A DNA stretch of 63,987 nt, filler included, from an uncultured bacterium (GCA_964637655.1; 13 parts of 13 records of this genome joined end to end with filler, not necessarily neighbours in it), one strand, 5' to 3'; positions 18,858-30,460 are shown, counted from the first letter of the whole stretch. Notes: generated from the letters alone by a model not told the origin. Numbers and translations are program-made.

Positions 18858-19215
18858 ACAGCAGCGGCGCTGCGTCCTCTGCCAGCGGCCGCTGGCGGAC
18901 GGGGAACCGGCGCATACCTGTCCGTGCTGCAACGGCGCCTATCACGCCGCCTGCTGGGAACAGCACCGCGGCTGTGTGCGTTCCGACTGCCGCACGCGCG
19001 GCTGGCGGCTGCTGGTGCTGGGTGATACGCTGCGCGCGCGCGCGCAGGCCTGGTACCTGCGGCGGCGCGCCGCCCACCCCAATGCCGTTTCGCCGTTCGT
19101 CTGGATTATCATCGGCCTGCTGCTGCTTGCCGGGCTCTATATCGTGTTTGTTCCGTCGCTGGCTTTTGTCGAGAACGCGGCGGAGAGTGTCCGGCAGGGC
19201 GGGCAGGGACGGTGA
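18850..19215 (+). CDS. Prokaryotic RING-finger protein with C-terminal TM helix
   Basis: CxxC...CPCC...HAACW...GC...C; hydrophobic FVWIIIGLLLLAGLYIVF. Confidence 0.7.
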   Translation: MAEQQRRCVLCQRPLADGEPAHTCPCCNGAYHAACWEQHRGCVRSDCRTRGWRLLVLGDTLRARAQAWYLRRRAAHPNAVSPFVWIIIGLLLLAGLYIVFVPSLAFVENAAESVRQGGQGR

Positions 19216-20829
19216 ACCTGTTCGCGCAGGTGGCGCTCTTCGACCTGAAGCTCGCGGGGGTCTACGATTACCGCGTGCCGCAGGAACTGGCGGCGACGGT
19301 GCAGGTCGGGCATCTCGCGGTGGTGCCTATCGGCAGGCAGACGCGCACCGGGGTCATTGTCGCGCTGCCGGAAATCTCGGACAAGGCGACGCGCGAACTG
19401 CTGCGCCTGGTTTATGACGAGGTGCTGCTGCCGCCTGAACTGCTGGCGCTCGGTGAATGGCTGGCGGGCTATTACCGCTGCGGATTCGGGCGGGTGCTGC
19501 AGACGATGCTCCCGGCCGGGGTGGCGGTGCGCGGACGGGTGACCGTGGCCTGGACAGGCGAACCGCCCGCGGAGAAGAAGTACACCGCTCTGCACGCGGC
19601 GCTGGCCGCGGGCCCGCAGCCGCGCGAAGTACTCATCAAGGCGCTGGGCAAAAACGTGCTCACCCATATCCGCGCGCTGGTCAAGGAGGGGCGGGTCAGC
19701 GAGACGGAGGACATCGCGCCGCCGCGCGTCGCCCCGGTCTTCGAGGAACTGATCACCGCGGTGCTTCCCGACGTGCCGACGCTGACGCCGCGCGAGTGGG
19801 AGGTGGCGAAACAGCTGGCGGAAGGCGGGCTGCCGCTGAGCCGCGCGGAAGCAGTGGTCCTCTACCGCACCACGTATGATCTGCTGCACCATCTCGAAGA
19901 AAAGCAGGCGCTGGTCATCACGCGCGGCGAGCGGCAGCGGCAGCGCGATTTCTACGCGGGCTACCGCCCGGCGCGGCCCGCGGTGCTGACGGGCGAACAG
20001 CAGACGGCACTCGACGCGGTGACGGCGGCACTGGCCACGGGGAAGTACGCGACGCTGCTGCTGCATGGCGTGACGGGGAGCGGCAAGACCGAGGTGTATC
20101 TGCACGCCATCGCGGCGACCCTGGCGCAGGGAGGGAGCGCCCTCTACCTCGTGCCCGAGATCGCGCTCACCCCGCAGGTCATCGCGCAGATCAACGCGGC
20201 TTTTCCCGACGGGGTGGCGGTGCTGCACTCGGCGCTGGCGGACGGCGAACGGTTCGATCAGTGGCGGCGCATCGCGCGCGGCGAGGTGCAGGTGGTGGTC
20301 GGGGCGCGCTCGGCGGTCTTCGCCCCGCTGCGCGACCTCAAACTGCTTATCGTCGACGAGGAGGGGGAACCCGCCTTCAAGCAGCAGGACGCGCCGCACT
20401 ACCATGCACGCGACGTGGCTATTGCGCGCGCCTTCCGCGCCGGCGCGGTGGTGCTGCTCGGCAGCGCCTCGCCGTCGCTGGAAAGCTACCGCAACGCGGA
20501 GAAGGGACGCTACACGCTGCTGACCATGCGCGAGCGCTTCCCGGGGGCGGACCGCCCCGCGGTGCGCGTGGTCGACATGCGCGCCGAGTTCGAGGCGCGG
20601 CGCGGCTACGGGTCGCTGAGCGAGCCGCTGCTCGAGTCGCTGCGCGCGACGCTGGAACAGCAGAAGCAGGCGATCCTCTTCCTCAACCGCCGCGGGTATC
20701 GCAACGCGCTCCTCTGCCCCGCCTGCGGCGAGGCGGTCTACTGCCGCGCCTGCAGCGTGCCGATGACCTACCACCGGCAGGGGGGGAACCTGCTCTGCCA
20801 TTACTGCGGGGCGAGCCGCGCGCCGCTGG
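19212..20829 (+). CDS. priA: Primosomal protein N' (3' truncated)
   Basis: GVTGSGKTEVY, LVPEIALTPQ, GARSAVF, YHARD, LNRRGY, zinc-finger cysteines. Confidence 0.95.
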
Positions 20830-20929
20830 NNNNNNNNNNNNNNNNNNNNNNNNNNNNNNNNNNNNNNNNNNNNTTAATTAATTAANNNNNNNNNNNNNNN
20901 NNNNNNNNNNNNNNNNNNNNNNNNNNNNN

Positions 20930-21906
20930 TGCAGCCCCTCCTTGGCCTGCAGCAGCGTGTGATGCTTGCGCAGGATGATGAAGAGCGGGAGCAGGAAAAA
21001 GAGCACCGTGCCGCCCATGATAACCCCGAGCAGCGTCGGCAACGAGACCGGGATACGCGCCAGCACGCTCCCCGGGAAGAGGCGGTTGAAATAGAACTGC
21101 TCGGGCGCCGCGGTCATCCCGTCGGGAATCTGCGACCAGGGCTGCCGCCGCGCCATCGAGGTCAGCGCGAAATACTGCGCATCGAGGTAGGTCTGCACCT
21201 GGAAATGGTAGCGCGACGCGAGGTTCTCCGCATGATAGCGCACGACGAAGTACCGGGTGCCGTCCGCCTCCGCGCGCACGGGATAATCGATGCGGTAGCG
21301 CTCGTTGACAAAGCGCTCGGTGCGGAACCCGAGTTGCGTCAGCAGCGCGTCGTCCACCTCCGCCTGCGCCATGACGATGGGATAGCGCACCACCAGCGTC
21401 TGATGTTCCAGCGGGTCGGACCACTGCACCGGCGCCCAGTTGAAGACCATCAGCCGCCCGTGGTCGCTCTCGGTCAGCGCGACGTTGCCGCTCGCCTGCA
21501 GGTCGGCGGTATAAGTGACGAAGTAGGTCAGGTCGCCGTCGCGGTACGCCGCGCCGTTGGCCAGCACGATATCGTACTTGCGCGACGACATGCGGCTGAG
21601 GTCAAGGTCGTAGCGGGTGCGGTTATCGGAGGCGAAACAGCGCGCGCGGATGAATTCCGGACTTTCCTGGAATCCCTCGAAGTAAAAGCCGTGCAGGTTG
21701 GCGCCGCGACACTGCCAGCGCACGGTGTAGGCGACCGTCGCCCCGCCCGCGGTGTCGAGCGTCATCTCCGTCTCGACCCACTGCAGCCGCGCCCCGCCCA
21801 GCGCCGGGCAGGTTATGCCCAGCAGCAGGACGGAAAACAGCAGCAAGCGCAGCGTACAGCGGGTGGGGATGATTTCAGCCAGACAGCCCGACAGGTTTTC
21901 GTACAT
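20930..21906 (-). CDS. Secreted/membrane hypothetical protein (possibly DUF2207-like), 3' truncated
   Basis: Signal-like hydrophobic N-terminus, beta-rich domain, TM helix near the contig end. Confidence 0.55.
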
Positions 21907-22042
21907 GCTGCCGCGCTTCACTGATTGTCAGGTATCCCGGGCATCGGCAGATATTTTTCCGCACACTCCCGCAACAGGGAATCCGCAGATTTCCTGACAC
22001 TGGCGCGGTAGCGGCTGGCAAAAAGTAGTATGTCCCGTTGCT

Positions 22043-22249
22043 TCATACAGCCCGCTGCTGCGCTGCCGACGGGTCGTCCGCAGCAGTCACCTTTGTTTCG
22101 GGATGATGCGTGAGCAACTGCCGGTGAATTTCCCGCGCGCCGTCCCGCGTGCGCTGCAGCCGGTCCGCAATTGTCAGTCCCTGTTCTTCGGCCGCGTTTC
22201 TATCCCGCAATTCCCGCAACCATGGCATGACTTTGAACTCAGTTGTCAT
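22043..22249 (-). CDS. Small protein, probable antitoxin partner of the PIN toxin
   Basis: MTTEFKVMPWLRELRDRNA...; overlaps the PIN stop codon. Confidence 0.55.
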   Translation of the reverse strand: MTTEFKVMPWLRELRDRNAAEEQGLTIADRLQRTRDGAREIHRQLLTHHPETKVTAADDPSAAQQRAV

Positions 22250-22703
22250 AATGCACCATTTCCCGTGGTGTGCGAATTTCCAGCAGGCGATAGCCCGACT
22301 GCAGGTTGACCGCGTTGAATTTCTGAATGCGGTCAAACTGTACGATATGCCTGAAATTCCAGCTTACCAGCACATCGACCTGCGCCACCATGGCGATTGC
22401 CACATGGCGGCAATCGTCAGCATAATTTGCTGATACGACGCCAGCACGAAGGTACGCATCCGCCAGCGCAAGTGATTCTGCGGTTTCCATGAATATTTCA
22501 CACGGATACGCTTCAGGCCCGGTGATAAGCCGTTGCACCGGTTCCGGTGCAGGTCGCAGTTCCCGTTCCACTACATCAGAAATCACGCCGCGCAGGCGGC
22601 CCAGTCGCAACTCTTCAAAAAACCGGCGGGTTATCTCGGCAAACTCAGCATCATAATACCCGCCGACCACCGAGGTATCGAGGTATACGCGCGGAATTCT
22701 CAT
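22239..22703 (-). CDS. PIN domain (VapC-like) protein
   Basis: VYLDTSV, ISDVVEREL, DCRHVAIA, LVSWNFRHIV. Confidence 0.88.
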   Translation of the reverse strand: MRIPRVYLDTSVVGGYYDAEFAEITRRFFEELRLGRLRGVISDVVERELRPAPEPVQRLITGPEAYPCEIFMETAESLALADAYLRAGVVSANYADDCRHVAIAMVAQVDVLVSWNFRHIVQFDRIQKFNAVNLQSGYRLLEIRTPREMVHYDN

Positions 22704-22874
22704 TGCCTTGCTTCCTTTCGTTTCCCCGCATCCCTGTTGATAGTATAGCACACTCTTTCTGCCTGTGCCACGCAAAACGTGCTGCCGCGCGCAGTGCGGC
22801 CAGCTGCTGAATTCACGCGTTGTCGCGGTATCGCCGCTTGCCCTGCCGGCGGCGGGCGTGGTATGCTCCCGCGC

Positions 22875-24092
22875 ATGGAAACTGCTCCCGCGCGCGGCAG
22901 CCGTGACTTCGCCCTGCTCCTCGCCAGCCAGACCTTCAGCGCCTTTGGCGACAATGCGGTGCTGGCCTTTATCCTCGGGCAACTCACCCGTCTTGTGCTC
23001 GCCGGCGAAATGACGCAGGCGGCACTGAGCAGCGCCAACGCCTTCTATACCCCGCTCCTCTTCATTCCCTACGTGCTGCTCGCCCCGCTCGCCGGCTATG
23101 TCAACGACCGTTTCGCCAAGACGCGCTGGCTGCTCGGGGGCAACGGGATCAAACTGCTCGGCACCGCCATCGCCATCGGCGGCATCAACGCCGGCAGCGA
23201 CTGGCAGACCCCCGCCTACCTGCTCATCGGTATCGGCGCCTGCGTCTACTCACCCGCCAAGTACGGGGTGCTCCCCGAGATTCTCCCCGCGGCACGCCTG
23301 GTCAAGGCGAACGGACTGATGGAGATGTTCACGCTGATCGCCATCCTCGCGGGCAATGTCTGCGGCGCCTTTCTCATCGACCATCTTTCCCCGCTCTTCT
23401 GCTACAACATGCTCTTCGTCGTCTATGCCGCCGCGGCGCTGCTCAACATTCTCATGGCCGCCTCGCCCCGCCACCCGGAGATCCGCCTCGCGCGCTCGCT
23501 CGGCGATTTCGGGCGCAATACCCGCGCGCTCCTCTCTTCGCCGCGCCTCGGGCGCGTGCTGCTCGGCACCGGCCTTTTCTGGATCTGCGGCGCGGTACTC
23601 AAGATGAACTTCCAGCCGTGGGGACTCACCGTGCTCGGCTTCACCGACAACCTCTCCGTGTCGCTGCTCGGGCTCTGGCTCGCGCTCGGCATCATGGCGG
23701 GGAGCGTGCTCGCCGGAAAGTTCTACCGCACCAGCGACGTGTCACGCACGCGTCGCTGGGGCTGGGCCACCGCCCTCTGCGTCTTCCTGCTCACCCTGAC
23801 CGTCAGCCATCCCGCGGTCTATGTCCTGCTCGTCCTCGTCGGCCTCGCCGGCGGCCTTTTCCTCATCCCGCTCAACGCCGCGCTGCAGGCGGAGAGCGAC
23901 CCGGCGGCGCTCGGCAAGACCATCGCCACGCAGAACTTCGTCGAGAACAGCGCCATGCTCCTCAGCGGCGGCCTCGTCTGGGTCGCCGTGCAGGCGGGCG
24001 CGGGCCCGCTCGCCATCTTCGCCATCCTCGCGCTCGGCTTCGCCGGCGCCGTCACGCTGCTGCGCGTCCCGCCGCTCCCGGCACCGAAGTAA
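22875..24092 (+). CDS. lplT: Lysophospholipid transporter LplT-like MFS protein
   Basis: SAFGDNA, YSPAKYGVLPE, LVKANG, PLNAALQ, IATQNFVEN; next to aas. Confidence 0.85.
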   Translation: METAPARGSRDFALLLASQTFSAFGDNAVLAFILGQLTRLVLAGEMTQAALSSANAFYTPLLFIPYVLLAPLAGYVNDRFAKTRWLLGGNGIKLLGTAIAIGGINAGSDWQTPAYLLIGIGACVYSPAKYGVLPEILPAARLVKANGLMEMFTLIAILAGNVCGAFLIDHLSPLFCYNMLFVVYAAAALLNILMAASPRHPEIRLARSLGDFGRNTRALLSSPRLGRVLLGTGLFWICGAVLKMNFQPWGLTVLGFTDNLSVSLLGLWLALGIMAGSVLAGKFYRTSDVSRTRRWGWATALCVFLLTLTVSHPAVYVLLVLVGLAGGLFLIPLNAALQAESDPAALGKTIATQNFVENSAMLLSGGLVWVAVQAGAGPLAIFAILALGFAGAVTLLRVPPLPAPK

Positions 24093-24108
24093 TGACGGCA
24101 CCATCTTT

Positions 24109-24662
24109 CACCGCGGAGCACACGGAGCACACGGAGCGCGCACGGTCAGCAACCAGCATGGATTCCCGATTACGTATTTCGGGAATGACGGATAGAACCT
24201 GCCCGCAGGGCTATTCCCTGATTGGCCTCTTTCATCCATCTTGCCAAACAACGGCTTGCACCACAGAGCACGCAGAGCACACAGAGCGTCTGCGGTTTAT
24301 CAATGGTTCTCCTGTTGTATCCGCAACCGTTCTCCGCCCGCAGGGCCAACCCCTGCACTCTCTCCGTGCCTTTCTCCGCGTTCTCCGTGTGCTCCGTGGT
24401 AAAGTCGGGTCAGTTCTCTGCGTGCTCTGTGTGCTCTGCGGTGAACAGTTCCGTGNNNNNNNNNNNNNNNNNNNNNNNNNNNNNNNNNNNNNNNNNNNNN
24501 NNNNNNNNNNNNNNNNNNNNNNNNNNNNNNNNNNNNNNNNNNNNNNNNNNNNNNNGTGTGCTCTGCGGTGAACAGTTCCGTGTTTTTCTCCGTGTTCTCC
24601 GTGTGCTCCGTGGTAAAACAGTATCCGTTCTCTGCGGTGAACAGTTCCGTGTCGTCCGTGGT
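24109..24662. repeat. Cluster of CAC(G/A)GAG-periodic repeats in both orientations, plus a GGATTCCCG...CGGGAATGAC palindrome; contains a 100-N scaffold gap
   Basis: CACCGCGGAGCACACGGAGCACACGGAG at 24109 and 24259; inverted copies from 24374 onward. Confidence 0.8.
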
Positions 24663-24685
24663 GAATATGCCGTCCGGGGTGAACC

Positions 24686-25988
24686 ATGCTGAAACTGCTC
24701 GTGCGCCTGCTGCTGCGCCTGCTCTTCCGCTTCCGGGTCGAGAACAGCGCCGTCCTTGCCGCCCCCGGCCCGGTGCTGCTCATCCCCAACCACGTCTCGT
24801 GGCTCGATTTTCTCCTCCTCGGCGCAGTACTCGACGACGACTGGAAATTTGTCACCTCGCGGCAGACCGCGGCAACCTCATGGCTGCATCGCAAAATCAT
24901 GATCAGCCCGCGCACCTTCCCGGTCGACGCGGGCTCGCCCTATGCCGTGCGCCAGATGGCGGAGTTTCTCAACCATGGCGGCCGGCTCGTCCTCTTCGCC
25001 GAGGGGCGCCTGTCGCGCACCGGCACGCTGATGAAACTGTTCGACGGGTCGGGCTTCCTGCTCAACCGCACGCATGCGCAGGTCATCGTCGCCTACCTGC
25101 GTGGCGCCCACCGCACGCTGCTCGCCACCCACAGCGGCTGGAAGCGCGTCTGTCCGCCCGTCTCGCTCCACTTCTCCGCGCTGCTCACCCCGCCGCGCGA
25201 GGAGTTCGACCGCACCGCCGCCGCCCGCGAGTTCTACACCACCTGGCTCTATGACCGCGTGACGGAATTCCAGTTCTCCGTCGAGATGCGCGAGGGGCCG
25301 CGCTCGCTGGGCGACGCCATCCGCGCCATGGCGCGCGACCTGCCGTCGTTCACCGTGCTCGAGGACATCGACGGCACCATGACCTACCGCCGCCTGCTCA
25401 CCGCCACCGCGCTCTTCACCGCGCAGTTGCGCGCCCGGCTCACAGACGCGGAGCGAGTCGCCGTGCTGCTGCCCAACAGCAACGGCATGGTCGTCACCCT
25501 CATGGCGCTCTGGGACCTGCAGCGCGTGCCCGCCATCCTCAACTTTTCCACCGGCGGCGCGGTCATGCTCGCCTGCACGCAGCTCGCGCAATGCCGTCAG
25601 ATCATCACCTCGCGCCGCTTCCTCGAACGCGCCGGGCTCGACATCTCCCTGCTCACACAGGCGGGCATCGAGTTCATGTACCTTGAGGATGTGCGTGCCG
25701 GCATCGGCGGCATCACCAAACTCGGGGCGGCGCTGCGCGCCCGCCTCGGGCTGCTCAGCCGCTCGCGCGACACCGCCGCCACCCCCGCCACGCGTCCCGC
25801 GGTGGTGCTTTTCACCAGCGGCTCGGAGGGGACGCCCAAGGGAGTGCTCCTCTCGCAGCAGAACCTGCTCGCCAATATCCGCCAGGTGCTGAGCGTCGTC
25901 GACCTCACCGACCGCGACCGCATCTTCTCCTCGCTGCCGCTGTTCCACAGTTTCGGGCTCACGGTGGGCACCCTGCTGCCGCTGCTGC
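24686..25988 (+). CDS. aas: Acyl-ACP synthetase/2-acyl-GPE acyltransferase (3' truncated)
   Basis: NHVSWLD, FAEGR, FTSGSEGTPKGV, LPLFHSFGLT. Confidence 0.92.
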
Positions 25989-26088
25989 NNNNNNNNNNNN
26001 NNNNNNNNNNNNNNNNNNNNNNNNNNNNNNNNTTAATTAATTAANNNNNNNNNNNNNNNNNNNNNNNNNNNNNNNNNNNNNNNNNNNN

Positions 26089-27073
26089 CCCACCAGCCGA
26101 TGCGCTCCTGCCGCACGAATTGCCGCCAGACCGCCAGTTCCGCGAAAAGCAGCGCGAACCCCGTGAGCGCCGCGAGTGTCAGGTTGAACTGCTCCCGGGT
26201 ATAGTGCGCGTCCGCCCAGCCGCCAAGCAGCGCCGCCGTCCCCAGCCACGCAAGGCAGTTGAGCCAGGGCCAGGCGCGATACTGCGCCAGCAGCAGGAAG
26301 CCCGCATTGAGCAGCAGCAGGTAGAGTGCCAGTCCGGGAAGATTGTTTTCCCCCGTCGAGAGGAGCAGCGGGGTAAGCATGCCACCGAGCAGCCCGAGCG
26401 CCGCCACCGCGCGCGAATCGTGGCGCACTGCCAGCCCCACCGCCAGCAGCGTCAGCAGAACAAGAAACCCGTAGGCCGGCAGTTGCGCGATGAGATGGTA
26501 GTAGGCATACGCAGCATAGGCGGAGAAATAGTAGGTGGCAAGTCCCGCACCCGTCACGGCCATCGCCGTGCGCCCGTACTGCCGCGTGCGCAGCCATTCC
26601 CCCCACGCGAGAAACATGCTGCCGAAGAGGATGCCGGTCAGCACCCGCGCCATCGGGCCAAGCCAGTCATGCTCGAAAGCATACTGGAAAAAGAAACCGA
26701 TGCCGATGATGATGGCTAACGCGCCAAGACGTGCTGCACAGCCGCTGCCAAGACGCATCTCCAGCGATTCGCGCGGTGCCACTGAGGCGGTTGCCCGTGC
26801 CGGTGCTGATGCGACTGCCGCACGGGCCGCCGCTGTCGGCGCAGCCGCCGCCGCGACCGCATTCGCGGCCGCTGATTCCGCCCGCGCCGCCAGCGGCGTC
26901 CACACCGGTTCCGTCGGCGGCTGCTGCTCCGCCTCCAGTTCCGCCACACGCCGCTGCAGCGTACCCAGCCGCATCAGCGCGATAATCGCCACCACCAGGC
27001 CCGCCACGGGAATGATGAGCAGCCCCGCCGCGACCAGCAGAAAAAAGAGAATGCCGAACAGTTCGCCGCTCAT
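26089..27073 (-). CDS. DUF2339 membrane protein (3' truncated)
   Basis: LEMRLG...RLGALAIIIGIGFFFQYA; many TM helices. Confidence 0.85.
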
Positions 27074-27077
27074 GCGC

Positions 27078-27986
27078 CTATCCTATCGCCACCATTTTTG
27101 CCAGTGCCGCCCGCGCCTTCTCGGCAAGATCTGCAGGCACCGTGACGCGCGTCGCCATATCTTCCAGCGACCAGACGACCTTTTCCAGCGTCGTCAGCTT
27201 CATATTGGAGCATTCCGCCAGCGGCGTGGCGGGATAGAACGTGCGGTCAGGAAACTCGCGCTGCAGGCGGTGCAGCAGTCCCAGTTCCGTGGCGATGATG
27301 TACTCGCGCTGCTGCGGGTTGCCACGCACGTGACGCAGCATCTGCGCAGTGGAGAGCACCGCGTCAGCCATATCCACCACGTCACGCGTGCATTCAGGAT
27401 GTGCGAGTACCTGCGCCTGCGGATGTTCGCGCTGCACCTGTTCGACAAAGGGGGCGAGAATGCGGTGATGGGTCGGGCAGAACCCCGGCCAGAGATGCAT
27501 CTGCCGCCCGGTCTGCCGGTTGACCCAGTCCCCCAGCGACTTATCGGGAAGGAAAAGTATCTCCGCGTCTTTGGGCAGCGAATTGACCACCGCCACCGCG
27601 TTGGCCGAGGTGCAGCAGATATCACTCTCCGCCTTCACCGCCGCGGAGGAATTGACATACGTGACGATAGTGGCCCCGGGATGCTGCTTTTTCCACTCGC
27701 GCAGTTCGCGCACCGTAGCCATATTGGCCATCGGGCAGCCCGCATTGGCGTCGGGGATGAGCACCGTGCGCCCTGCCGCCAGCAGCGCCGCCGACTCCGC
27801 CATGAAGTAGACCCCGCAGAGGACGATGACCTCTGCCTCGCTCTGCGCCGCCGCCCGCGCCAGTTCCAGCGAGTCGCCCACCATATCGGCGATGTCCTGC
27901 ACCTCGCCCCGCTGGTAGAGGTGGGCGTAGACCACCGCCTGCTTCTGCTGCTTCAGTTCTGCTATGCGTGCGACTAAGTCAGTCAT
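27078..27986 (-). CDS. nadA: Quinolinate synthase
   Basis: AHLYQ, GDSLELA, CGVYFMAE, AGCPMA, YVNS, HPEC, CSNMK. Confidence 0.96.
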   Translation of the reverse strand: MTDLVARIAELKQQKQAVVYAHLYQRGEVQDIADMVGDSLELARAAAQSEAEVIVLCGVYFMAESAALLAAGRTVLIPDANAGCPMANMATVRELREWKKQHPGATIVTYVNSSAAVKAESDICCTSANAVAVVNSLPKDAEILFLPDKSLGDWVNRQTGRQMHLWPGFCPTHHRILAPFVEQVQREHPQAQVLAHPECTRDVVDMADAVLSTAQMLRHVRGNPQQREYIIATELGLLHRLQREFPDRTFYPATPLAECSNMKLTTLEKVVWSLEDMATRVTVPADLAEKARAALAKMVAIG

Positions 27987-27997
27987 TTTTCTTCCTG

Positions 27998-30460
27998 TCA
28001 GGCCGAGATAAATCCATAGTCAACGAGTTGCGGCAGCAGTTTGCCGCGCAACACCACGTGCTTCGCCTTGATCCGTTTGAGCAGATCATTGCCCAGCGTC
28101 TGGTCTTCGAGCGCACGACGTATCTGCCACCAGCCCGCATCCCAGGTGGCAATCTTGAACTTCGGAGTGGCCAGATTATTCAGTTGCGCGTAGAACAGCG
28201 CATAGTACTCGCGCCCGAGCGCGAGCAGTTCTTCCGCCTCCGCGGAAAGTTTCTGCCGGGCGAGCCAAATCGCCACAAATCTGTCGGCATCGGCTGAGGT
28301 CAGCGACATGGCGATATCGCTGTCGCTCACCTGCCACTTCTTCATCTCCGTGCGGCAGTAGGGAAAGAACTGGTTGGCTATCTGATAGACATTCCCCTTA
28401 TATTCCACATCCTTCATCGACACGGTCTGATTCGACAAACTAAAGAGCGACCAGACCGCGCAATCGTTGACAAATTCATCAGCGAGTTCGCCGTTCGGCT
28501 GCATGAACTGGTCGCGGTCATTCATCCACGTCGCCTCGGGGAGACGCCGCACGGCATGCACCACCATCGCCTGTGAAAAATTGTCCGGCGTGATGGATAA
28601 TGCCCCCGCACTCACATACGGCCCCGAAAGGAGTGCCGTAAAATTCTGATTCTGAAAATCGTTTCCCTTACACATTAGCGAACCAATAAAACCTTCACTG
28701 ATACGGTCGCGCGGATCTTTGGCATCTGTTTTGAGACCAATCGCCGAGCCAAAAGGCGGAAAGACAATATCTGCCTTGGGGCGTTCAATCCATTTATTGA
28801 GAAAGCGCTCGCGGTTCTCCGTCTGCACGCGTTTGCGGCCGGTCTTGCGCACCTGCTCGTCAAAAACATCGAGCACGACTGTCTGCTCTTCGATGCGCTT
28901 TTTCTCCGCCAGATTCCATATAAGGAAACCGACGGGAAACGGGCTGGTGCGCGAAGTACCGGAGAAATTCGCCGAGGAAAACGTGAAGCCGCGCACAAAG
29001 TCGAAATGAAACACCGTGTCACGGAACTTCTGATCATTATTTGCATTGAGATATTTCAGCGTCGAATACAATCCCAAGTGAGCCGATTTGCCCTTGAATT
29101 CATTTTTGATGCGATAGAGAAACTGGGCAAAGAGTTCGCGCGACACCTCGCCCAGATCATCCGCATGCATCTTTTTGCGCACCTCCGTGTCACTCACTCC
29201 TGTTTTGCTTTCGCCACTCTTGCTGTGTTTCTGGCTGGTCGCGAAAGGCGGATTGATGAATATCACCCAGTGCACATCGGGGTTGGCCAGGTCCTGCCGC
29301 AGTTTCTCCGGCAGCTTCCAGGTTATCGTCCCCTGCAAGGCCGCGGAGGAAAAGAGGTTGCCGACATCGTCGTTGAGGTAATCGTACTGGAACACCGTCG
29401 CCGCCGGGAAGAGGCGCCGGCAATGCTCGACATCCTCGACATAGAGCGTGGAGAGGTAGAGTTTGTCGTAGGCCCCGGTCGGCAGATGCCACTCGAGGTT
29501 GCCCGTCCCCGCCGCCATGTCCCAGATGCGCACGTTGCCTTTCCACCATTCGCGCCCGAGCGTCTTTTCGAGATAATCGAGCCCCTTGCGGGCGAACGGC
29601 ACCGGCGTAAAGAACTCGCCATGGAAGCGCCGCATCGTCTCGTCGGTCAGCCGGTCGATCTTGGTCAGCACCGAGCGCACCAGTGCCGCATCCGTCACTT
29701 TCTCGTAGAGGTTCCAGAAATACTCGTAGTCCTTGAGCAGTATCTTCTTGACGCTGCTCTCGTTGTTCCCCAGATCGAAAAACAGTTTGTTTTCGTGCGG
29801 CACCAGATGCGTGCGCCCCTGCTGCATGTCGCAGACGAAATAACGCGAGGTTTTCTTGCCGTTGCGCACGGCATCGCCGAACATGCTGTTCCAGTAGGCA
29901 AAGACCTCTTCGAAATTGTCCTCGGTAATCACCTTTTTATCGCCGAGCAGCGTCTGCTGCGGGTCGAGGCACTGCCCGATACGTTCCAGAAACGCCGCGA
30001 ACTCACCTGCCTTGCGGAAGTCATAGACGTGCAGGTTGCGGAGTTGTTTGTGCTTTTGCAAATCCGCGACCAACCGCGCATCGGGAAAGCTCGGCGACAA
30101 ATCCCAGTCGTACTTCTCCGCCGCATCCGTGTAGTACTCCTTCCACACGGTGGTTTCGGTGACAAGCGCCTCATTGACGTCAGCCAGACAGAGATAAAAC
30201 GGCACCGCCTTGCTGCTTTCGCCGAATTTCAGCCGCCGCACATAGTAGAGTATCTGCGCCAGCACCGTGGCGCGAATTTTCAGGCTGGCAAAATTGCGAT
30301 CGAATTTGAACTCGAACAGCACCTGCGGCGTGTACAGATCATGATCGTCCTTGGTGTCATACCGCAAGCCGAGCGCACGGGCATAGACGCTCTTGACTTC
30401 TTCTTCCGTACCACACTCCGCCAGTTTCGCGGATAAGGTTGCGATATCAGGTGTTTTCAT
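27998..30460 (-). CDS. Single-chain restriction-modification enzyme (Type IIG-like: nuclease + N6-adenine methyltransferase)
   Basis: N-terminal D...EFK PD-(D/E)xK-like motif; GEFFTP, DMAAGTG (motif I), NPPF (motif IV); visibly lower GC than its flanks. Confidence 0.7.
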   Translation of the reverse strand: MKTPDIATLSAKLAECGTEEEVKSVYARALGLRYDTKDDHDLYTPQVLFEFKFDRNFASLKIRATVLAQILYYVRRLKFGESSKAVPFYLCLADVNEALVTETTVWKEYYTDAAEKYDWDLSPSFPDARLVADLQKHKQLRNLHVYDFRKAGEFAAFLERIGQCLDPQQTLLGDKKVITEDNFEEVFAYWNSMFGDAVRNGKKTSRYFVCDMQQGRTHLVPHENKLFFDLGNNESSVKKILLKDYEYFWNLYEKVTDAALVRSVLTKIDRLTDETMRRFHGEFFTPVPFARKGLDYLEKTLGREWWKGNVRIWDMAAGTGNLEWHLPTGAYDKLYLSTLYVEDVEHCRRLFPAATVFQYDYLNDDVGNLFSSAALQGTITWKLPEKLRQDLANPDVHWVIFINPPFATSQKHSKSGESKTGVSDTEVRKKMHADDLGEVSRELFAQFLYRIKNEFKGKSAHLGLYSTLKYLNANNDQKFRDTVFHFDFVRGFTFSSANFSGTSRTSPFPVGFLIWNLAEKKRIEEQTVVLDVFDEQVRKTGRKRVQTENRERFLNKWIERPKADIVFPPFGSAIGLKTDAKDPRDRISEGFIGSLMCKGNDFQNQNFTALLSGPYVSAGALSITPDNFSQAMVVHAVRRLPEATWMNDRDQFMQPNGELADEFVNDCAVWSLFSLSNQTVSMKDVEYKGNVYQIANQFFPYCRTEMKKWQVSDSDIAMSLTSADADRFVAIWLARQKLSAEAEELLALGREYYALFYAQLNNLATPKFKIATWDAGWWQIRRALEDQTLGNDLLKRIKAKHVVLRGKLLPQLVDYGFISA

